From a virus: 39,426 bases of DNA. Both the position numbers and the translations under genes were made by a program. Position 1 is the first letter of the stretch, and each line of letters begins with the position of its first letter. The stretch lies in IMG/VR virus record IMGVR_UViG_3300033182_000272, positions 1 to 39,426 of that record. One strand, written 5' to 3'. The notes under the pieces were generated by a model, which saw only the letters and a list, made by a program, of their open reading frames with translations, was not told the DNA's origin and did no database searches. Shown here piece by piece: positions 1 through 8,217 of this stretch.

Positions 1-141
1 GTAAACGTCCAGTCGTACTGAAAGAACGGCCATTCCTGGCGGCGAGTTTGTGCCCGAGTAGCTCCATCACGAACCCACTCGTCCACAAGCGTGTTCGGGA
101 GGTCCGTGGCGTCCAAGTCCAGCGTCAGTCGAATCAGTTCA
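1..141. repeat. Left copy of an exact 141-bp terminal duplication, identical to 39286-39426
   Basis: Base-by-base comparison of both ends (gtaaacgtccagtcgtactg...gaatcagttca). The repeat lies inside a coding gene, which argues for a circular-assembly overlap rather than a physical terminal repeat. Confidence 0.95.
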
Positions 142-167
142 CGAAACTTTGCCAGGTTGTACGCCAC
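1..167 (-). CDS. 5' end of the wrap-around tail tubular protein A-like gene (continues at 39285 and runs down to 38751)
   Basis: The reading frame of ORF 38751..39401 stays open across the junction. An in-frame GTG at 167-165 is preceded by GGAGAGG (6-nt spacer) and gives the N-terminus MAYNLAKFRELIRLTLDLDATDLPNTL. The next in-frame upstream stop is at about 189-191. Confidence 0.5.
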   Translation of the reverse strand, partial: MAYNLAKFRELIRLTLDLDATDLPNTLVDEWVRDGATRAQTRRQEWPFFQYDWTF

Positions 168-191
168 GGCCCTCTCCAAACAATCGGATCA

Positions 192-221
192 GGGGCAGGC
201 CAGCTCAAGCTGACCTGCCCC
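192..221 (-). terminator. Stem-loop immediately downstream of the major capsid gene
   Basis: GGGGCAGG(c)CAGC-TCAA-GCTG(a)CCTGCCCC gives 8+4 bp. On the minus-sense RNA it is followed by UGAUCCGAUUGUUUGG. It sits between the capsid stop (242) and the next gene start (167). Confidence 0.55.
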
Positions 222-241
222 CATCAACTCTGACCTAAGGG

Positions 242-1282
242 TCAGGTCAGGCCGTAGATAACGCCCTGGTGACGACGGCTGTTGATCGTCAGGTTGCCGT
301 AGGTCAGCATCTTCATGGTCCGAGTGTCCTTGTCGACAGGCTGGATGAACGGGCCAGCCTTGAAGAAGCGGTCACGGTGAACCTTGAGACGCAGGTACTT
401 CGGGTTAAGGAAGTACATGTGGCCATCGGGGCAATCCTCGTCGAAGAGGACGGGACGGCCCTTGAACTCCAGAGCCTGGAAGCCAGCGTCAGCAAGCGAA
501 GCGTCCATGTGGCGGACGTTCGACTGAAGCAGCGACTCGTAGTCCTCGTGGAGTTCCTGCGTGGTCAGGATGAACTGCGGGGTGTCGCCACCCACGGAGC
601 AGTCGTTGAACACGTTGGTCATCTTCTGACGGTCAAGCGTGGTGTCGTTGTTGTGAGCGAAGCCCGCAACACCGTTCGTGATCGTCGCCGAAGCCTGGCC
701 AGCGTCGTGGATCTGGGAACGCCACCATTCGTTGTTTGCGGGGTCAATGCCGCCAACGGTGTCGTAACCACGGGCCTCGTCACCAACGTCGAGAGCGTTG
801 TAGCCGCCGACGAGGTTCCAAAGACCGTTGAAGTCCTTGCCGCTGTTGCCCTCAGCATCCTTGTAGAACATGTCGTTCATCTTCTGAACGACAGATTCAC
901 GAGCGACCTCGATCTTGGTGTTGAGAAGGTCAAGGAACGCAGCCTCGCCGCTGTTCTGAGCCTCTTCAATACCCGAGATCGACACGGTCGAAGCAAGCTG
1001 CTTCCACTCGTACACGGCCGAAGTGACTTCTTCCTGCGGGGTGTTGTTGATTGCCTCAACGCCCGAGTAAGTAGCCGTGTTGGTCGAGTTGTCAGCACCA
1101 ATCAGCGCTTCCTGAATGCGAGCACCGCCGTCGATCTGGATGACCTGCCCCGCACGAGCGAGGAAGTAAGCCAGCGGTCGGGCCTGGAAGACCTGATCAA
1201 TGAACTGAGGGGTGACCTTGGCAAAGGTCGTGGTCAGGATGTCTGACCAGTTAGCATCGGTGTCCTTGTAACCGAAAGCCAT
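242..1282 (-). CDS. Major capsid protein (HK97-fold, T7 gp10-like size)
   Basis: 346-aa ORF. It sits after the scaffold gene and before the tail tubular genes, and has an AGGAG RBS upstream. The sequence style (MAFGYKDT...LTYGNLTIN) is typical of podovirus capsid proteins. Confidence 0.8.
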   Translation of the reverse strand: MAFGYKDTDANWSDILTTTFAKVTPQFIDQVFQARPLAYFLARAGQVIQIDGGARIQEALIGADNSTNTATYSGVEAINNTPQEEVTSAVYEWKQLASTVSISGIEEAQNSGEAAFLDLLNTKIEVARESVVQKMNDMFYKDAEGNSGKDFNGLWNLVGGYNALDVGDEARGYDTVGGIDPANNEWWRSQIHDAGQASATITNGVAGFAHNNDTTLDRQKMTNVFNDCSVGGDTPQFILTTQELHEDYESLLQSNVRHMDASLADAGFQALEFKGRPVLFDEDCPDGHMYFLNPKYLRLKVHRDRFFKAGPFIQPVDKDTRTMKMLTYGNLTINSRRHQGVIYGLT

Positions 1283-1323
1283 GATGTACTCCTAAGGAGA
1301 GTAGGGACGGGATCAGCCGAACG

Positions 1324-2124
1324 TCAGCCGTTCAGCAGCGGATCTCCAATATCCGAAAAGCCGTTTTCGCTCATCGAATCTCGGAGAGCCTCAGCGAGAG
1401 TGTTTCGCCAAGAACCCTGGGTGGCAGGCGAATAGTCCTTCGGACCAGAATCCACGTTGCCGCCAGGAATACCAGCCCCTGCCGCCACAACACCCTGCAT
1501 CATCCGCTTTTCTTCCAGAACCTGCTGCTGCTCTGCCTCAATTGCCCGCTGCGTAGCAGCCGACTCTTGAAGTTCGACCCAGTTCAGATCGCGATACGCC
1601 ATCTCAACCGTTGGGATGTCGTTCGCCTGCATGTGCCGAAGAACAACTTCATGGTCGAAGTCGCCGTAGCGACTTTGAACATCAGCAAGTTCGTTCATCA
1701 AAGCTGAACGCTGCTGCTGCTGTGCGACGGTCCCGACCGTTCCCCGAAGTTGCTGAATCTCTGCCTTTAGCGCAGCCACCTCGGGGGTGTCTGCGGGAGC
1801 CTCGATTGGCTCCCCCCACTCGTTCGTAGCTGCAGGAGCCGTGGCTGCTACAGGCTGCGGGATCTTGTAGGTATTGGCAATCAACTCAACGGTTGCTTTG
1901 GGGTCTTGGTCAAGCGCCTGAAGAAGATCAAGTCCTCTTTGGGCGATTCGACGCTGGTTTGCGAGGTCTTGCGTCTTCTGGGTGTAATCCCTGTTACGCA
2001 TGTACCCCTGTGCCGCCTCTTCCAGGGTGATCACTGTTCCGTCTGGAAGAGTGATTCCGTCGTTTGGCTGCTGCTGACTTTGGGCGGTTGCTCCGTCTTG
2101 GAGTCCACTTTCGGTCTGGATCAC
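1324..2124 (-). CDS. Scaffolding protein (candidate)
   Basis: 266 aa, rich in Q/A/E with predicted helical or coiled character. It lies directly upstream of the capsid gene. Confidence 0.55.
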   Translation of the reverse strand: MIQTESGLQDGATAQSQQQPNDGITLPDGTVITLEEAAQGYMRNRDYTQKTQDLANQRRIAQRGLDLLQALDQDPKATVELIANTYKIPQPVAATAPAATNEWGEPIEAPADTPEVAALKAEIQQLRGTVGTVAQQQQRSALMNELADVQSRYGDFDHEVVLRHMQANDIPTVEMAYRDLNWVELQESAATQRAIEAEQQQVLEEKRMMQGVVAAGAGIPGGNVDSGPKDYSPATQGSWRNTLAEALRDSMSENGFSDIGDPLLNG

Positions 2125-2180
2125 GGATTGCTCCTTAGGAGTCCACGGGCGGGTTGCTCCTATGGGAACCTAGACAATGT

Positions 2181-2951
2181 TCAGGAGAACAAAGCGTTCC
2201 AAGTGTTCCTGCCGACAACGCCATCGGCCTTCAGGCCACGATGGCGTTGGAAACCCTTTACTGCGGCAGCAGTCATGCGGCCATAAACGCCGTCAACACC
2301 GCCAGGATCATGGCCTTTGTCCCGCAGTTGGCGTTGCACAAGTTCGACAGCTTTGCCACGAGAACGACGGCGACGGCTCAACGGCTTTGCAGCAACCTGT
2401 TCTCCTAGCGCAGCGACGTAGGCAGCAACAGCTGCCCAGTCGACGCCAGAATCCCCAACCTTTGGATCTTTCGGCATAGTGCGGCCACGCTGCAACCAAG
2501 CATACAACTCGCTGCCAGGGCAGCTCGTAGACGCCTTGTCTCGATGGCCCTTAATCCAAAGTTTGTTGTCGTACCGATTCTGGATCTGATCCATAGTCCA
2601 ACGAATCGATTCCAGCGCCTTGTCGGGGACAGGGCCAGATCCCCAGCCCGTGTAGCAAATAGACTCGGTACGGCTGTTCCAGCCTCGGGTAGCGCCACCA
2701 ACAATGCCGCCGCCCCGCCCTTCGTAGACGACACCTTCTTCGTCGACAAGCCAGTTGTACGCAATAGCGTTCCAGCCACGGGTATCCATGTGGGTCCGTT
2801 CGAACGCCTTGAGTGCCTTGGGGCCGCTAGGACCGTTCTGCACGCCGCTGTGATGCAGAACAATGCCTACAACCCTGGACGGCTTCAAACGGGTGAACGG
2901 CTTTCGGGGCATGCGGGCGCCCCACCCTGAACGTGTAATAATCGGTCGCAT
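2181..2951 (-). CDS. N-acetylmuramoyl-L-alanine amidase (Amidase_2/PGRP type) with a C-terminal PG_binding_1 domain; endolysin
   Basis: Zn-ligand pattern VLHHSG ... GHRD ... TSCPG. The C-terminus GKAVELVQRQLRDKGHDPGGVDGVYGRMTAAAVKGFQRHRGLKADGVVGRNTW matches the peptidoglycan-binding repeat. Confidence 0.9.
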   Translation of the reverse strand: MRPIITRSGWGARMPRKPFTRLKPSRVVGIVLHHSGVQNGPSGPKALKAFERTHMDTRGWNAIAYNWLVDEEGVVYEGRGGGIVGGATRGWNSRTESICYTGWGSGPVPDKALESIRWTMDQIQNRYDNKLWIKGHRDKASTSCPGSELYAWLQRGRTMPKDPKVGDSGVDWAAVAAYVAALGEQVAAKPLSRRRRSRGKAVELVQRQLRDKGHDPGGVDGVYGRMTAAAVKGFQRHRGLKADGVVGRNTWNALFS

Positions 2952-2958
2952 TGTGCTC

Positions 2959-4818
2959 CTACAGGCCCAGCTGGGCAGCAGCGTCAGCGTCAGCCTGTGC
3001 TTGTGGTTCTAGCTGCGGAGCGTCGGCGCCAACGCCGCCGCCCATGCCTAATGCTTGCATAGCTTGACCGTTTACGCCACCAGGCATTCCCATTTGGGGC
3101 TGCTGTTGCTGCGGAGGCTCTTGCAAGAACTTCTCAGGATTCTTGATAGCAAAGCCATCACGGAGCACAACACGCAACAGCTCTTGAACATTGACTTGGC
3201 CAGTTTGAATAAACGGACCCATTGCTTGCAGCATGCCCAAAGCCGACTGGCGACGGAACGTCTCGTTCTTCGGGACAGTAGATCCTGCTTCAACACGGAA
3301 CTCGTACTGACCCTTGATGTCTTCACGGGTGTAAGGCACAAAAACCGAACCGCCGTCTCGGCCAACTACCTTTGCTGCCTGCTGACCCGTAACGTACTGC
3401 TGGTTAATCTGTAGCAGCTTCGTAGCCAGGTTGGCAATAAACGTTTCGACACGGTCCAGCTTCTCGGCAGTACGCACGTTTGCTGCGTCTTGCAACAGGC
3501 TAGCTTCGGTGGCGGTACGGCGGATCTGGCCGCCGCCGCCACGCATGAACTCGGTAATGCCCGAGATGTCTTGGATGTCGTTTTCGATTGCCTGTGACCA
3601 GTTGTACAGGCCAGGGTCCATGCCGATCTGGTTGACAGGCTGGATTACGTCAGCAAGCGGCACGCTGTCGTCTTCAACAAAGATCACTTCGCCGTCACGC
3701 TTCGAAGCGATTTTGGTCAGGTCAGACTGCGAAATAGCAGCCTTGCGGGCCAGGTACTTCCGTGCGTAACGAGCACGGTGGTTCATCATTTCAGAACGAG
3801 TCTTTGACAGCTCCTTGACCAGCGGAGCGATCATTTCAAGATCGCCCATCGGGTAAAAGTGGTCAGGCACTTCGTAGTTGCGGACCATCTCAAACGGATG
3901 ACCAAACGCATACGGCATTTCACGAGGCCGAATTAGGTACTCGGTAGCGCCAGCCGTAAACGTACACATTGTTTGACGGGCCAAATCGTAAAACTCAAAC
4001 ACCTCAACGAGTTCGTTGGACTCGTAGTTTTCCTTATGGCGAGCGTAGTGAGGGTCTGCCAACGTCAGCCCAGGCATAGCGTTATCACGCGCCTTGCGAC
4101 TGTAAGCAGGGTCAGTCTTTACGTCGTCAATGTGGCGCACGATGCGCTGCGCTACCCAACGGGCGTCTTCTAGCGACGTAGCTTCAGGGTTGACGAACAT
4201 GTCGTGGGGCGAGATGCGCTCCAAAACGGGTCGGTCAACAATCGTTTGTTTGGAAGAAGCAATAATTTGCCTAGCCAGATCTTCATCAGAAGCTGGCTCT
4301 CTGTCTTCTTCTTCGGCAAGAGCCTGCTCGTCAATCAAAGCGGTTTGGAACCTGAGAGCAAACTCTTCTTCCGTCAGGTCTTTTTCTGCTTCTTCGTAGG
4401 ACCACAGCATTTTGCACCAGCCGTGGCCGACGATCAGAGCGTCTTTAACTGCACGGCGGAACGGTTCCTGCATGCGGTAACGTTCCCACTGGTGGTTCAC
4501 CATTGCCTGAACGAACACGGCGCGTGTTTCTAGTTCAGGTTGGTTGGCGACTACAGTGATCTGTGGTCGAGAAACCGAAACAGCAGGGTAGATGACGTTG
4601 ATCGTCGAGAACGCCTGGTTGATTGCAATTCGGTCTTCAGATGCTCGTCCCGAGGCAGGAAAAATGGATTCACCACGGTAAAGGTCGACCATATCGGTCC
4701 AACAGTCATCGTAACCTTCGGTTTCCCGCCACTCTTTGGACCGTTCCAGTTCCTGCCCGTAGTACGACAGAAGTTCTGCCTGTGGCTTCTGCTTCGGTTT
4801 GCGCCCGAAAACAGGCAT
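2959..4818 (-). CDS. Portal (head-tail connector) protein, T7 gp8-like
   Basis: 619 aa. It lies between the terminase genes and the scaffold and capsid genes, with an AGGAG RBS. It has a Q/G/A-rich acidic C-terminal tail. Confidence 0.8.
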   Translation of the reverse strand: MPVFGRKPKQKPQAELLSYYGQELERSKEWRETEGYDDCWTDMVDLYRGESIFPASGRASEDRIAINQAFSTINVIYPAVSVSRPQITVVANQPELETRAVFVQAMVNHQWERYRMQEPFRRAVKDALIVGHGWCKMLWSYEEAEKDLTEEEFALRFQTALIDEQALAEEEDREPASDEDLARQIIASSKQTIVDRPVLERISPHDMFVNPEATSLEDARWVAQRIVRHIDDVKTDPAYSRKARDNAMPGLTLADPHYARHKENYESNELVEVFEFYDLARQTMCTFTAGATEYLIRPREMPYAFGHPFEMVRNYEVPDHFYPMGDLEMIAPLVKELSKTRSEMMNHRARYARKYLARKAAISQSDLTKIASKRDGEVIFVEDDSVPLADVIQPVNQIGMDPGLYNWSQAIENDIQDISGITEFMRGGGGQIRRTATEASLLQDAANVRTAEKLDRVETFIANLATKLLQINQQYVTGQQAAKVVGRDGGSVFVPYTREDIKGQYEFRVEAGSTVPKNETFRRQSALGMLQAMGPFIQTGQVNVQELLRVVLRDGFAIKNPEKFLQEPPQQQQPQMGMPGGVNGQAMQALGMGGGVGADAPQLEPQAQADADAAAQLGL

Positions 4819-4826
4819 GTTGTCTC

Positions 4827-5165
4827 CTACGAACGAGATGTGCGCTGCAACTCAGTTCCATTTGCACGCGCATGATCTACTGATTCTTTGAGAGCGCCCA
4901 TTTGCGTCCAGCCTTCAGCTGTCGACAGGCGAAACGGGCGCCCTCCTTTGCCCACAGGATCTCGTCCCTGAGCGAACTCGCCATGCCAATGCTTCATCTT
5001 GCAAGACCAAGACACAAGCTGGCCTTCACCAGTACACGGCACCTGATAGAAAGTGCGTGACTCGTGATGAAAGCGTTGGGCCGTGCCCCCACAGGGGCAC
5101 GGCTCATACGTCAGATCCCACTCAGTTGGGAGTGGTTCTTCAGGTGCAGCGTCACGAATGCCCAT
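4827..5165 (-). CDS. Hypothetical Cys/His-rich protein (112 aa)
   Basis: Only sizeable same-strand ORF between terL and the portal gene. Contains CPCGG...C...C and several His residues. No clear SD, so it may be translationally coupled. Confidence 0.45.
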   Translation of the reverse strand: MGIRDAAPEEPLPTEWDLTYEPCPCGGTAQRFHHESRTFYQVPCTGEGQLVSWSCKMKHWHGEFAQGRDPVGKGGRPFRLSTAEGWTQMGALKESVDHARANGTELQRTSRS

Positions 5166-5177
5166 CAGGCAAACGTA

Positions 5178-5420
5178 TCAAATGTCCTGCGCGCCGCCAG
5201 GCTTGGCGAACCCACCAATCGGGCCACCCATTGCGCCTTCAATCGTGCGAACGTCAGACCCATCATGCTGGCCACCAACAGGGACAATGCCGCCCTGAGC
5301 GTTGCTAGGCAGTTCCGAGCCGCCGCCAGGCGCCGCAAAGCCACCCATGATTTGGCCGTCATGCGACTTCACCATTTCACCAGCACCAGTGCTGTCATAC
5401 TGCAGTTTGTCTGGACCCAT
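5178..5420 (-). CDS. Hypothetical Gly-rich protein (80 aa)
   Basis: GGGAG RBS 5 nt upstream. Repeated GG(F/P)A.PGG motifs. Confidence 0.5.
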   Translation of the reverse strand: MGPDKLQYDSTGAGEMVKSHDGQIMGGFAAPGGGSELPSNAQGGIVPVGGQHDGSDVRTIEGAMGGPIGGFAKPGGAQDI

Positions 5421-5472
5421 TACAACTCCCGAATCTAGGGACAGAACATGTTCAAAGCACCCTGGACGGTGT

Positions 5473-7053
5473 CTAGGAGATCACCCAATCCTCTTCAACA
5501 TCAAAGCTGTTCTCCCACTTCTGCAACTCCTGCTCGTACCACGCCAACGACATGTACGGGTACTCCACCTCTTCCTGATACTCAGGAGCGTAGGCAAACT
5601 CTAAAGCGTGTACAGCCAACGCCAACGAAATCACACGGTCATCGTGCGGCGAACCAGACATGCCGCCACGACTGTTACGAGTAAACCGTGACAGCTCTGC
5701 ACACGTCGCCACAGACGGCACCCCGTCCGAGCGACGTTCACGCAACCACTTGTGCAACTTGTCAATCATCAACGGCTTCGTGACACGAGTCGTCTTCCAA
5801 CCCCACTCCATCTGCCGTTTCTTGCTTGTCGAGTTCAACGCCATACGACGCCAAATGCGTCTGTACCCCAACTTGCGCAACTCAGTCACAGTCGTCAGGC
5901 CATGGTTGTTGACCTCAGGCAAAACCAGCGCCGTGTTATACCACGTCCCCAACTTAAACAACTCGTAGGCAAACAAGTCAGGTTCGATGTGGCCATGCCA
6001 CTCCGCAACGACCCGAGTTTCGTCACCTACCGCTAACACATGCGCGCTGCTGTAGTCGCCATGTTTCAAACCCTCAGCAACGTCAGCGCCAATCACATAC
6101 GACGTGTCTTCCTCGGGCAACTCCCACACATGCACAAACGACGACGAAGCCAAATTCTCAACAGGTTCAAACGTCCGAGGAAACTCAGGCCCAGGCCCTT
6201 CTAAGTTCAACGTCCACTCAGGCTCAACCGCATCGTTGTTCAACTCCTCCAACAACTCAGCGTTGAACACCATCATGCCCGAACGAATAAACGCCTCAGT
6301 CGGGTTCGACGGGTACTCCTGATGCAGCTGCCACTCAGGCAAATCAAACTGCTTCTGTTCATACCAAGCGTCGTCACGCTCAGTCACAGAGTCCCAGCCG
6401 TAGAACATTGGCTTAAACACCGACTTGCCTGACTGAGCACGCACCCACAGATCTTCGAACTTGTTGCCAGACCCGTTCGCAGTGCTCAGCAGAATGAGCT
6501 GACCGCCAATATCGGCGGTCGGCTCAATCGAAGCCCACGCCTCGCCAGCGTTTTCTAGGAACGCAAACTCGTCCACCACGATCAAGCGGCCCGTGAAACC
6601 ACGGGCAGGATTGTTGCCTGACGGCAGCGACAAGATCTCTGACCCGTTCGACAACTCAACCTTCGTTAGGTTCGACGTAGTCACCCGAGCGCCCCTAGCA
6701 AGCACCCAGCCAGGCAGACGTTCCAAACCAAACTTGACCTTGCCCAACAGCTCCTGTGCTTCACGCTCGCCCTTAGAAAGCAGCATGACCCGAGTGTTTG
6801 GATGCCAATACGCCAACCAGAACACATAGAACGACACCAGCGTTGACCAGCCAATCTGACGGGCCTTGAGAGTGATGCTGTTTTCGCCGTCGACCCAACG
6901 GGTCAAGGCGGCAGCCTGAGACGGCCTGAGATTAAACAGGCGCTCCCCCTGAGGGTGCTGGATCATCCAGCAGTTCTCAGCCACCCAATGAGGGTCCGTA
7001 GCGCCACGGCGCCACGCAGCCTCCCTACGAGCTAGCTCCAACTGGTCCGACAT
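5473..7053 (-). CDS. terL: Terminase large subunit
   Basis: 526 aa. Walker A-like LKARQIGWST, Walker B LIVVDEFAF, and a C-terminal nuclease-type segment IGADVAEG. Confidence 0.9.
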   Translation of the reverse strand: MSDQLELARREAAWRRGATDPHWVAENCWMIQHPQGERLFNLRPSQAAALTRWVDGENSITLKARQIGWSTLVSFYVFWLAYWHPNTRVMLLSKGEREAQELLGKVKFGLERLPGWVLARGARVTTSNLTKVELSNGSEILSLPSGNNPARGFTGRLIVVDEFAFLENAGEAWASIEPTADIGGQLILLSTANGSGNKFEDLWVRAQSGKSVFKPMFYGWDSVTERDDAWYEQKQFDLPEWQLHQEYPSNPTEAFIRSGMMVFNAELLEELNNDAVEPEWTLNLEGPGPEFPRTFEPVENLASSSFVHVWELPEEDTSYVIGADVAEGLKHGDYSSAHVLAVGDETRVVAEWHGHIEPDLFAYELFKLGTWYNTALVLPEVNNHGLTTVTELRKLGYRRIWRRMALNSTSKKRQMEWGWKTTRVTKPLMIDKLHKWLRERRSDGVPSVATCAELSRFTRNSRGGMSGSPHDDRVISLALAVHALEFAYAPEYQEEVEYPYMSLAWYEQELQKWENSFDVEEDWVIS

Positions 7054-7526
7054 TAAGCAGGCCCGATCTCCAACACGTCCTTGCCCTGAGCCAGGTACGC
7101 CTGAAGTTGCTCATCAGACATCGACTGGAACCTGTCCTCAGCCGACACCGTCACCTGAATCTGCGGAGGCCGCACCTTGTCAGCCAACGACAGAATCATC
7201 TTCGACGCAGCATCCCACTTCGGATGGTCAGGATCCGCAGCGATCTTCAACGCAGCCTGGTAAATCGGAGACAACGCATCAGGCCCCAACACCGACTCGT
7301 CAGCCATCTTTGCCCACAACTTACGGAACCGCTCGTCCTTCTTCCAGCGACGCAACGTGCGATCCGCAAGACCATGTCGAGCAGCCCACTCCTTGTCAGA
7401 CAACCTGTCGTGCCCCACAGAGGTCAGGTTCTCCAAATACTGGTGAACCAACGGGTGAGGATCTTCCTCGCCCGTAGACGAGTTGTAAGTCCACCTAAAG
7501 TCATTCGGATTCTCATCAGCTTCCAT
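7053..7526 (-). CDS. terS: Terminase small subunit (candidate; HTH DNA-binding protein)
   Basis: Its ATGA overlaps the terL start. The HTH-like segment is SDKEWAARHGLADRTLRRWKK. I place the start at ATG 7526 (GGGGTGGAC upstream). The tracked TTG start at 7730 would require translating through the strong leader hairpin at 7604-7639. Confidence 0.55.
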   Translation of the reverse strand: MEADENPNDFRWTYNSSTGEEDPHPLVHQYLENLTSVGHDRLSDKEWAARHGLADRTLRRWKKDERFRKLWAKMADESVLGPDALSPIYQAALKIAADPDHPKWDAASKMILSLADKVRPPQIQVTVSAEDRFQSMSDEQLQAYLAQGKDVLEIGPA

Positions 7527-7603
7527 GTCCACCCCGTGGACATCGTCCAACGGGGGGCCGTTGTAGACGCCCTGACGGGCATCTAGAAAGCCTGCAACAA
7601 TGA

Positions 7604-7639
7604 CATTCAATGAGCCGCCCCTCCAGGGGGCGGCGAATG
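7604..7639 (-). promoter_or_regulatory. Leader hairpin element, copy B: CATTC-GCCGCCCC-CTGGA-GGGGCGGC-TCATTGAATG (minus-strand sense)
   Basis: 8-bp GC stem. The 5-nt 5' flank and 10-nt 3' flank are identical to the copy at 13091-13127. It lies in the leader upstream of terS. Confidence 0.7.
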
Positions 7640-7671
7640 CTTGGGCTACTACAGCACGTTCAGCATTGAAG

Positions 7672-7703
7672 AGTCTAGCACACGACATTACACGGTCGTC
7701 CAA
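7672..7703 (-). promoter_or_regulatory. Candidate promoter of the terminase/structural operon (extended -10 TGCTAGACT; -35-like TTGGAC)
   Basis: Minus strand reads TTGGAC-N20-TAGACT with TGC immediately upstream of the -10. The spacer is too long for a canonical -35, so the call rests on the extended -10. Confidence 0.3.
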
Positions 7704-7805
7704 CACCCGAATGCTAGTGAAGCGTCGCAACCAGCGGGCCGCCTGGGGGGCGTCCCGCCAAGCGTAAGCGATAAGCTACTTATCACACGGACGGCGTCCA
7801 CGAAT

Positions 7806-7817
7806 TTCAACGTTGAA
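7806..7817. promoter_or_regulatory. Perfect 12-bp palindrome TTCAACGTTGAA in the AT-richer core of the divergent region
   Basis: Read directly. A neighbouring ATAAG-CTA-CTTAT hairpin lies at 7771-7783. Confidence 0.5.
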
Positions 7818-7904
7818 CTAAACAAGCGGACAACAAAACGGACAGCAAGCCGAAAAAACTGACACAATCTGCAGATCCAAGGAATATTACTAGTACAAAC
7901 GCCG

Positions 7905-7926
7905 CCCCACCCCCCCACTACCCCCC
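7905..7926 (-). other. G-tract cluster (G6-TAGT-G7-T-G4 on the minus strand); potential G-quadruplex or i-motif
   Basis: The plus strand reads CCCCACCCCCCCACTACCCCCC. Four runs of at least three G are available on the minus strand. Confidence 0.4.
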
Positions 7927-7930
7927 GCCT

Positions 7931-8063
7931 GGCAGCTCTGCTGCCGTGCGCGTTGGACCCCGAATGGCCTTGCAGCGGACAGCCCAACGCGCGTAGGAAC
8001 GGGACTTCGTCCCGTCGTGATGCGCTGCGTCGTGACGTCGTGAGGCGGCCTGGCGCGCTGCGT
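7931..8063. repeat. GC-rich structured block carrying iteron-like direct repeats
   Basis: Hairpins: GGCAGC-TCT-GCTGCC (7931-7945), GCGCGTTGG...CCAACGCGC (7948-7992) and ACGGGAC-TTC-GTCCCGT (7999-8015). CGTCGTGA occurs 3 times (8013, 8028, 8036). GCGCTGCGT occurs twice (8022, 8055). Confidence 0.5.
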
Positions 8064-8099
8064 GGAACAACGCGCCGTTGAACCGTGCGTTGTTTGGGC

Positions 8100-8129
8100 T
8101 TGACGGCTCGATCCGATCCGTAGTATGCT
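8100..8129 (+). promoter_or_regulatory. Candidate early promoter P1 (TTGACG -35; -10 is TATGCT at N18 or TAGTAT at N15)
   Basis: The -35 hexamer is at 8100-8105. It shares the 12-mer CGATCCGTAGTA, at the same offset from the -35, with the promoter at 11061. Confidence 0.5.
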
Positions 8130-8217
8130 GATTGGACCGAGCCATCGGCGGCTCGGCGGAGCGAAGCTCCGAAACAACAAAGCCAGCGAAGCTGGCGAAG
8201 CGAAAGGTGCATCGAAG

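Noticed and set aside
1-141. The 141-bp identical ends considered as physical T7-style direct terminal repeats
   Set aside because: The repeat sits inside an open reading frame, and its length equals a common assembler k-mer. An overlap from a circular or permuted assembly is more parsimonious. This cannot be settled without the reads.
269-1246. 325-aa plus-strand ORF antisense to the capsid gene
   Set aside because: It is Arg/Val/Leu-rich with no RBS and lies fully inside a well-supported minus-strand gene. Long antisense ORFs of this kind are typical of GC-rich DNA.
7527-7730. N-terminal extension of the small terminase ORF (TTG at 7730)
   Set aside because: It would require translating through the strong conserved leader hairpin. 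It starts with TTG and has no SD. ATG 7526 yields a typical terminase small-subunit size of 157 aa.
8125-8217. Upstream ATG start for the first early gene, as tracked (8125)
   Set aside because: This ATG lies inside the candidate -10 of P1 and has no SD. ATG 8218 has GAAAGG upstream.
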